Shown piece by piece: positions 1 to 9,115 of a DNA stretch of 64,000 nucleotides (positions are counted from its first letter, which is position 1; every line of letters begins with the position of its first letter). The notes under the pieces are model-generated. The model was given only the letters and a program-made list of their open reading frames with translations, made no database searches and was not told the origin of the DNA. The position numbers and the translations under genes were made by a program. Where the stretch lies: assembly GCA_013239625.1 (NCBI GenBank), contig MU053557.1, positions 2,758,123-2,822,122 of the forward strand, given 5' to 3'. This DNA is from Lama guanicoe. Lineage: Eukaryota.

Positions 1-149
1 GGAAATTCAAGTTCATGAGGTTATCCAAGGTTATTCAGAGAAAAAAAAAAAGGACTTGAGATTCCTTCTTGTCCTTTGCTAAGAGACAAGGACAAGCATC
101 TTGGCTTTACAGATGCTAAAATCAGGAAGGAGCATGTTTAAACAAAAAC

Positions 150-605
150 ATATACACATGAACAATCACTGCAGCATCTTATGTAATACAAAAAACCGGA
201 AAGCACTTTTCCATCCATCCAACTGTGGTACAGTCACACCAAGGGGCACTATGCAGCCGTTAAAAAGAACAAGACCAATGTACGTGTCCTGACATGGAAA
301 GGTCTTTCAGATCTATCACTGAGTGGGAGAGAAAACAAAGTGCAAATAAAATGAGCAGTATGCATTCGGTTACACAAACAGTCCCTCCCCCAGTGTGTAT
401 CTCTTCATGTACATTTAAACGTATGAAAGTGTACACAAAGGTGGCTTGAGGAAGCAGAGCAACACTGACAATGGTAACTCTGGGCAGGGAGGTGGGGTGG
501 CTGTCAGGGTGGAGGGTGATTCATGCTTTGCTTTATCTACTTCTATGATGCCTGAATCCTTTCAAGTAAAAAGGCATTTATGCATTATTTGCCTTATAAA
601 TAAAG
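150..605 (+). mobile_element. Ancient L1 (L1ME-like) 3' end
   Basis: AACTGTGGTACAGTCAC...ACTATGCAGCCGTTAAAAAGAA...GACATGGAAAG. Confidence 0.6.
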
Positions 606-3374
606 ACATAAAGGCAGAGAGCAACATGAAAGGCAATACAGCTGTAATGAACCAACAGACCTCCTAACTTGGGTGTCCCTGGCCCCGACCTGACTTCCGC
701 AAAGTTACATGAGCAATGCTACTCTCCTCAAGTTTCCTGTACAGCTCTCCTCTTAGGTAAAATACTTCCTGGTGGTATTCTGTACTTAGGGACCCAAGTT
801 TTGCCTTCCAGACCACCTGGGAGTGCTCAGCATCCTGCTGCAATGCTCCGCATGAGAGCCCTTGACAGCTTTTCCATGCTTCACACCCTTGTGCATCTGG
901 TGACGACCACAGAGCTGAGACCCTTGCATAAGAGGAGGAAGTGGCCTGCCATTCTGCAACTACTTGAGGTTCATGACTTCATGGATTCAAGGCAGTGAAA
1001 TCAGCCATGATGATGGAGGGGGGCTGCCAGGCCCTCAGCATGAAGCCCAGTACACCTGGAAGGCATCCTCTCACAGGTAAGGCACTCTTTGGCACACTCT
1101 TCCAGCAAACCTCATCTTTCTCAGGTGAAAATTCTGCTTGTAGAGGCCCCTCCAGACCCTCAGACTCCATGCATCATTTTGCCTCTTACCCACAAAATCC
1201 TCTTCATTTCTTTACGTTTCCTAGAAGCAATCAGGTCTCTGTCTTCTAAGGCATAGAAATGGGAGTCTGACACACCCATCCTTTTCCAGGACCCATGATG
1301 ATCTTTGCTCCAAAGAAACCATTTGTACCAATTAGTTGTCTAGGGATTTCACACATAACTCCCACTATTTCCATAGTGAACTTGCAGCATAACAATGAAA
1401 GGGTTCCTGGATTATTTACAACAAGCTCCTAGCAGTCTCGTAAAAAGAATCTGTGCTTCCACTGGGAGAGTTATGTCAGAATTGGTTTGTTAGGTCAGAG
1501 CTGATTTTCAGCCTCATTCTAGAGTTCTATTGGAAAGGCAACAGAAGGAAATTTAGTGGTAAAAATGACAAGCATAGTGAAACCAAACTCATCTTTTTTA
1601 ATGGGAGATGGGTGGAGCACCACCAGAGAGTTGCTCTGGCCAAAATGAGGCTTCAGACACCCTCACATTTATGTGCAAAAGGACATCTGCCACTACCCAG
1701 CTGCCCCTGTCCCACTTCTTTTTGCTCTGCTCCAGGAAACTCTATGAGCTGCCTCCAGCTTTGGAGAATGCATGACTGCATGGCTCAGTGGGACCATCTC
1801 AGCCCAGCCTGGGAACTGCAATGTGAATGTCCCAGACAGCAGGTGAGGGACATGGAGAAGGCTCTAAAAATCCAGCTAATTTTCATACTTTCAATGCTCA
1901 ATTCTGTAAGTATTTTTCTTCTTAGAGAGTAGAATAAATATACAGGAGTAAGTCTGCCAAGGATTGTGGCACCGGGTAGGGAAATTCAGCTTCCTCTCTG
2001 CAGGACAAAGAGGAAGGCCCAGGCATGCGCAGTGCTGCACTGGGAAGAAATGGATCTGGTGAACTGAGTAGCACTGAATAAGTACCATGGGCATGTATGC
2101 AGACGGCAGAACATAACCTGCATTTCCCCCCACTAAAATCCAGCCAAGCGACAACAGGGGTGGGCAAAGAACACTTGCCTAGAATCAGGCACTGGTTTCA
2201 ATCTGGTTCTGCCACATGTAAGTACGTGACCTTATCCAAGTTTTCTCGCTTCTCTAAACTTAAAGATTTCTTATTCTGATAAATGGGGCTAACACACCCA
2301 TTCTTTCAGAGTCACTGAAGGAGATTCAATGAGTAAACACATGAGAAACACCTAGGAAAATGCCTGGAATACAGACGGTACTCAAGGAGACAGTACTTAG
2401 TTCTCATCCCTTGTCTAAGTATCCAAATTGGACCCTTAGTTTCTTCACAAATGCAAATGCCAGAGTCTAGGAATGTCAGTCTACAGCTGTACTCTTTTCA
2501 TTGAGCATCACCAATATTTTGACAGGACTGGCCTAATATTATTCACCCCAGGTTCACTGGTACATTTCTGACCAGCTCTCATAAAGGGCTTGGGATCGCC
2601 CCTAGGGACATGGATGCTAATAATGAATACTTGCTAGTGATTTTCAATGCACTCTGGTTATTATGTTCAGTAGCAGAACAGTTCCTATCCCCGGAAAGGT
2701 CATTTATAATAGTTTAAGGCAGCTTCTTCCCACCTTCCATTTCAAATTTTTCTGAGAACAGCGGAGAACTCAAACATTCATCCATATGCATTGGAAATAC
2801 TATTCTGATCTGGCATTTACATAAAAATACCAAAGCAACTTAAGGAACTGCAAGGCAGCTCTCCATCATGACACCACCTCCTTTTATTTTTTCGAGGCCT
2901 TCCCAGCACCGTCATATCAAAAGCCATTTTCATGTACCTTTCCAGTTTTATTCATCATAGCTTCCCTCTTTCTTGAGTGTGTATGGGAAGGATGGGGAGG
3001 GTGGGGAGGAAGCAGCGACTTTCACTTTCTCACTTTGATTCTTTTGCCTCTAAGAAGTTGTCACATTTCACAGACTACACAGATCTCAAGTTTGGAGACC
3101 TTCTCAACTCACCTCACCCAAGACTGGTCTCTTCTTATTCTTAAACATTACTGAAAAATGGCCATATAGTGTTATTTGAATACTTCAAGTGTGTGGTTAA
3201 CTATGCTTAGACCAAGGCATTCCATTGTGAGGTACTTTTTGTTACAATTTTTCCTTAAACTGAGCCAAGATCAGTTTCCTTGTCATTTTTTACACATTGG
3301 CTGAAATTCTGCCCTGGAGTGCTCTTCTCCCAAGCATTTCATCTCTTCACATGCTTTTAAGTACCTTTAATATG

Positions 3375-4590
3375 CCAATAACATCCCAAATTACACATCT
3401 AGTCCAGATCTTTTTTCTGAGCTTCAGACCCAGATATCCACCCGCTCACTTAAGAGTCTTACTGTGAGACCAGATGACTCACATGCCTGATCAATTTCCA
3501 AAGTCTCTTTCCAGTCTCAGTGGGAAGCCCCATTAATGCAACCATTCTCATGGCAAGGTTCTGGGAGGTCATCCTCAATACCACCTCCATTGACTTCTCC
3601 ATCTCCACCTATCTATCACACCATATAAGCTCTAACCATTCTTCTTCTACAGTACATTTCAGATCCACTGAATTGTCTCCATCTCTACTACTGCCACCAT
3701 CCTAGAGTATGTCCTCCTAATTATCTCCCTGCTTTCACTCCTATTCACCTTCCACCCAGCCTTATGACCCTATTCTGCACAGCCACCAGCCAGAGCTCTG
3801 AAAAAACAAACCTGGTCACATTTTCCCCCTGATTAAAATCCTTTAATGGTTTTCGATCCATCTTTGGATAAGGTCCAAGCTCCTTATGGCCAACAAAGGC
3901 TCAACGTGACCTGGTCCCTAAATAACTCTTCAGTTTCTTTTCTTCTTCTTTTTTTTTTTGCAATATTTTATTATGAACATTTACAACCAAATAGCAAGGT
4001 TGAAAAAAATTACAATGAACATCCATTGACTGACCACCTCAATTCTACCATTAACATTTGATACTTGCTTTATCATCTATCTGTTTATCCATCCCTCCAT
4101 CCCAGCATTAATCATTCTTGGTTTTGGTCCATTTCAAAGTAAACTGTAGGCTCCAGTCTCATTCCCATTACTCCTCCTCTTGTATTCTACATTCAGCGCT
4201 AGGCATCTTCTCATTCTCTGAATCTGTCAGACTATTTTATATCTCTGGGCTTTGTACTTCTCATCCCTTCTACCAGAAATGTCTTTAGCTCTTGCTACTT
4301 CCTGCCTCATCCTTTGGTTCTCAGCTTCAATTCTGACTGAGAGGTGGTCCCTGAAACCCTAATCTAAATTAGATGCACCTTTCTGCCTTATATATGATCT
4401 CCAAGCATCGTGTGCTTTTCCTGAATATCACTTATTACAGTTGGCAGCCATACTTTTGTGTGTGTGTCAAAGTATTTGTTTAATGTCTACCTCCTCCACG
4501 AGACTGAAAGATCTGTGAGAACAGAGCCCACGTCTGTACTGGAACAAATGGGATCACCTCTGCAGGAAGTCAGCTCATGTTTGCTGAAGG
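3375..4590 (+). mobile_element. L2 remnant with a short minus-strand L1 tail at ~3940-4150
   Basis: CCCAAATTACACATCTAGTCCAGATC...GAGCTTCAGACC, and 3' AGACTGAAAGATCTGTGAGAACAG. Confidence 0.7.
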
Positions 4591-5439
4591 AGTTAAAGGC
4601 AGAAGGAATCAACAGTTCTACATTTATAATATATTAATATAACAACAATACATGGACTAAGTGAATTTGTTCTTCCTTTAATATGTACAAGCAGTAGAGG
4701 TCTTTTAAGGCCTCGGAGAGATGATGAAACTTACTGGCTGCCAGCACATAACCAGCAAGTACATTAAGGCAAATTGCTAAATAGCAAAACCATGGCTGGT
4801 GGCTGAGCCAGGAAGAGTGTGTGGTGGGTTTTAGTGACTTCTCTGCCATTTCCACTAGCCCTTCCCCTCGAGACCCCCCTTAATCAACAGCAATCCAAGG
4901 AGAAAGTGTGCCTGCAGTGCAAGAGCAGCTTAAGTAACAATCACAGCAGCTATAACGTATCGAGGGCGTTTATCCGGGTCTGGCTCTGTACCAGACACCG
5001 TCTTGAGCGCTTTCCCTGTGTTAGACATTTTTTTTTCCTGTGGCAGAGGTCCTGCTGTTATTTCCATTTTACAGCTAAGGAAACTGAGAACAGAATAGTT
5101 ATTTTAAAACATGTTCCCTGACTTCCCCTTCTAACCAGATTGCCATTCCTGGAAACACCACTTAAAGAGAATATTTATTCTGTCTGTGGCCCCAGAATAG
5201 GAGTAGAAAGATTAATCTAGAAAACTCTCAGACTGCTCTAATGGAGACAGCATTTCAGTTGCTTCTAGCAAGTCTGATGTTTTTTGTAATGTATAATCCC
5301 TTACACACTTACAAACTATCCCTGCAAAGAATTTTACCCTAGATGGGAACAGAGTTTTATACACAAAGATAAAACCATTGTGGTCTTCCCCATAACGGGA
5401 GCTAATGGTTAAAGGAAAATGAGGCAGAGCAGAATTTCT

Positions 5440-5670
5440 TAGTAGAAGTGCATGGCCTTTAGACAGTCTTGAGTTGGAAGACAAGTTTTTCCCCTGACTG
5501 TGTGACCTTGACAAATGAATATCACCTCTGGACCTTAGTTGCTCAGTTCTCTTATTCAACAATGGAAATAACAACACCCACTTAGCAAGGTCTGGCTATA
5601 CTGAAATGCTACTTAGAGAAAGCTCAGTAGAGTGCTTGGAAAAGAGAAAATACTCAAAGATACTGACTTC
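5440..5670 (+). mobile_element. MIR SINE (representative; similar cores near 2190, 4950, 11900, 12600, 14620, 22240, 24660, 29600, 36010, 41900, 43770, 51700, 52600, 54500, 62760)
   Basis: MIR core CTGTGTGACCTTGACAAAT...CACCTCTGGACCTTAGTT...AATGGAAATAACAACACC. Confidence 0.75.
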
Positions 5671-8339
5671 AAAAAAGGGACGAAAAGATAAGAAAAGGTA
5701 GAGGAGGGCAGTAACTTAATACTCAGAAGAAAAGAAAAGTCACAGGAAATATCTAATAAATGCACATCATGCATTCTTTTTCCACCAGAAAGAGAGAGAG
5801 AGAGGAGCTTGGGTAAAAGTGTCCTTTAGCATTTGCATTGCTCTTAGCTGGATGAACTTGCCTGCAGCTACCACTTACAATGCAAATTGAGCTTAGAGTC
5901 CTTCACACTAACTACACAGCAAAAACCTTTCAGCTTTAAATAGAATACTGCAGTGTGGCATGATCCAAGCAAAGGAAAGAAAAATTCAGAGATAAATGTG
6001 AAGGAGATTTTGGAGGAAAAAAAATGTCTGACATATCTGGGCAAGATAGGCAAATGCAGAAATATCAAAGGAGACAAAAAGAAAAGAAAGTCTATAGAAG
6101 GACCTAGAAACAAATTCCCCAGAAAGTGGCTTTAAGTTAATAAAGGGGAAGAGAACTTTGGGGCAAGCCTCCAGTGAAGGGGATTTTAACAAAGAATATT
6201 CTGATCTGGTGCTCCTTCAAGGTATACTAGCACTTTTAAGGTATTCATCAGAAGAGGAAACACCCTTCCCACGCTGGCCAGCACTTAAATGCAATTAGGG
6301 GTTGCATGTAAAAAGGCAATTTACATTGTCTCAGTTCTATTTTTTTCTTCTTTCCAGACCTTCCGTAAGATCAGGTAAGGAAATCGGAAGCCTACTGGGA
6401 AATAAAGGTCTGTTTAGTTTTGAATGTGGGGTGAGCGTGCGTGCGTGCATGCATGCCATAGAGGTGCGAGGGAAGGGAGGGATCTGAGAAGCTAATTTGG
6501 AAAGATTTTAGAAAGTTCTTCGCTATACACTCATGTCTCATTTTGGACTATATGAACCCAGGTATTTTACCCAGAATCAGTTTACAAAAATGTCATAAAA
6601 CAGGAACAAAGACTAGGTAGTATCTAGGGCCCTGAAAGCAATATGGAACACCGTGTTTAACTCACTTCTTCATTCTACAGATGACACTCCTACACACGTT
6701 GCCTCAGTTTCCCCGTCTTCCCAGCTAAGTTTCCTTTGCCTGCACTTGCAGGCACAATGCAGTACAGAAGAAAACACAAAGGCAGTCCCCTGTCTTTGTT
6801 GCCTCAAACGCAAAAAAAAGTGTGCCCCCCAAAGACGAAAGACCCAAAGGCAACTTCTCTTTTGGATGATACGCTCAGACACGGAGCTCACTGTATCCTA
6901 CCTGGTAAGCGAGTCAGTGACAAAGCACTAGAACTGGGGAAGGACATCTTATAACCACGCTGTCACCAGGCAAGTAAAAAGAATCAGCAAGTATGGTGCT
7001 TGGTATGGGGCAGAGACAAGCTGAACATCTTAAAAGCCACTTCCAAGCTCCTGAAGGCCAGAGCTCATACAGTTCTGCTTAATCTGTCTAGTGCCACGGA
7101 CCTATGTATAGATGTGACGCTCACCAATAAAGACGATGAATGAATCATATATTTTCAATAGTGCTGGGCATTCTTTCTATCTAAAACTTCCAGGGACGTT
7201 TATAGAAGACGTTATATTATGTGTCTTTTTATTTCAGAGCCTGAATTCTTCCACATTTCTCTACTAGTATTGATTTAATACTACAGAAATTTTATCATCC
7301 AAGAATAAGAAGGATAAATTAACATGCCTTATTACACTTCCCTGAAGCACATTCACACATTTTCCTCCCGTGGATATCACTGTGACTATGCAACACTTTA
7401 CAGGAGTAGTTAAAGATAAAGGCCTACAGGTAGAAAATGAAAGCAAAAATGCAAAAGTTTGGGTATCTGGGAAAAAAATGCTTCCTCTCTAGTCCCACAC
7501 AAAAGGTGAATGATTCCACCTGCTGACTTCCCCTGCCTCCCTGAACCTCACTCAAGCTAATATCATAACAAGCTGAGGAGGGGGGGAGGGAGAGAGAGGC
7601 ACGACAATTTCACCTCTTGGCAAAGCTCGGCTTAGTGAACCCTCTTGCTTTCTGCTGGCTGTTGATTCAGCAGAAACTACTGCTGCAGAATTCATAATGG
7701 TGATTTTTAAAGGCCCCACTGATCGCATTGCTCGCCCCACGTGTCAGACTCATTCGATCGCCGCCAGAACACTGCTCCCCCAGCCACCTTTTTATATCTT
7801 GCTAATGCACTTCCAAGGAGGAAGGCTTCGCCCTTTTTCAACGAGCCTTCGGGGCTTTTGATTGTCTGAGCAGGTAACCCGGCTGGAGAGATGAACCGGC
7901 AGGAAATGAAACCATGCCCTCCCTGCAGCCACCGAGACACGTCATTCGGTTCCAGGAGGGGAGAACCCAGGGTCCTCTTGGGCTCCCTTCCTTCCAATAC
8001 CCCCCACCCCAAGACTCCTGCATACATCTTGCGCTAGGGGTCATCTGCCTTTTGGGGGTCATTTTTCTAGCTGGAGCCCCACCCTTAAAAACCTAATCCC
8101 CGAGGGCCATTTCAACTCCCGGGGGCGCCGGGTCCACCTGCTGCTATACTCCCGGCTCGCCTCGCGGAGCCCGGGATGGATGTGGGGCGCACCGGAGGCC
8201 GCTCCTGCGAGCCGAGCCCCCGCCCCAGCCCCAGGGCCTGGATAAGTCTCCGCCGCCACACGCCCGGCTGCCCACGGAGCACAGCGATCCGCAACTTGCG
8301 CCCGGCCCCAGCGGCGGAATGCGGCGGGGCTGGCGTTAC

Positions 8340-8409
8340 CTTCGGTCGCATAGCTGTGGTCGCGCAGGAAACTGTTGTTGATTTTGCGGGTATCAATGTC
8401 CTCCTCCAT
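8340..8409 (-). CDS. PPP2R2B: PPP2R2B B-beta1 first coding segment, [23 protein letters not shown] plus 1 nt (phase 1); remaining exons lie left of the window
   Basis: Translation matches the N-terminus I recognise for PP2A B55-beta isoform beta1 (continues ADIISTVEF...). ATG at 8409; donor GAAG|GTAACG with GT at 8339-8338. Confidence 0.96.
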
Positions 8410-8461
8410 TGACAGCAGGCTTACTTGCGTGGGAACCAGAAGCCGGCAGACAAGTATCCAT
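8393..8461 (-). other. uORF2 overlapping the main ATG out of frame ([22 protein letters not shown])
   Basis: atcATGg at 8461, TGA at 8395-8393, which is downstream of main ATG 8409. Translation is not demonstrated. Confidence 0.65.
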
Positions 8462-8482
8462 GATCCCTCCCTGCAGCCAGTC

Positions 8483-8524
8483 TCACAGGAGAGGGGGGCA
8501 GGGGAGCCAGTGGGACTGCACCAT
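8483..8524 (-). other. uORF1 in the PPP2R2B leader ([13 protein letters not shown])
   Basis: accATGg at 8524, TGA at 8485-8483. Translation is not demonstrated. Confidence 0.65.
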
Positions 8525-9036
8525 GGTCCGAGCCTGAGGAGGAGACGGGGAGGCGAAGAGAGAAAAAAATAAAAACCCGGCAATGGAGCTGTCACCTCCT
8601 CCACTCGGGATCTCCGAGGCTGCGGCGGCTCCTCCCGCGGTGCGCTCACTCCAGCTTCAATTCCCAGCGAGGATGCTGCGCCAGCCTCCGCCGCCTCCGG
8701 GTGCCAAGATGCGCCGTGCCCCGAGAGGTCTGGTCCCGCCCGCCGCCCCGGAGGCGCTCACAAGCAGGGCTGGGGAGATGCCCAACAGGTTCCCCTCGTT
8801 GGCAGCCGCTCCAAAATGTAAAATAGGGCCCTCCTCCCCCTGGGAGAGCGGGCAGCCTCGACAAAATGGTGCCTTTCTGGACCCGAGCTGCAGTGGCGAG
8901 ATGGCAGGGGCAGGATTCAGGCTGGCCCTGCCCGGATGAGGGTGCTGGTCCCGCGGGAGGATGGCTCTGGCTGGCGGGGGCTCGGCAGCCGGCGGGGAGC
9001 TGGGCAGGGCGCTGCGGCCGGCGCCAGCGCACTCAC

Positions 9037-9115
9037 CCTCACACCCACACTCGCGCACTCGCAGCTGCTGCTGCTTGCTGCAGGAGGCGGCTGGAGGCGG
9101 CTGGTGCATTAAAGG
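9037..9115 (-). other. PPP2R2B: Candidate repeat-containing first exon of PPP2R2B (TSS not determinable)
   Basis: Contains ATG 9109 and the CAG tract, followed by consensus donor GAGG|GTGAGT (GT at 9036-9035). The 5' end is a guess. Confidence 0.55.
9065..9080 (-). repeat. Orthologue of the SCA12 CAG repeat: CAG CAAG CAG CAG CAG
   Basis: Minus strand reads ...CCTCCTG CAG CAAG CAG CAG CAG CTGCGAGTGCGC..., about 0.65 kb upstream of the B-beta1 ATG. Flank GCCAGCGCACTCACCCTC (9023-9040) matches the human flank as I remember it. Confidence 0.9.

Larger units (their letters stand above)
8340..8533 (-). other. PPP2R2B: PPP2R2B exon, 194 nt (124 nt leader plus 70 nt CDS)
   Basis: Long pyrimidine tract on the minus strand (~8580-8537) ending TCCTCAG| with AG at 8535-8534; donor at 8339. 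The leader is open in frame with the CDS ([19 protein letters not shown]...), as I recall for N-extended human isoforms. Confidence 0.9.

Noticed and set aside
8059..8649. 196-aa minus-strand ORF as a single-exon gene
   Set aside because: It runs through the acceptor pyrimidine tract and past the donor at 8339; only 8533-8340 is exonic.
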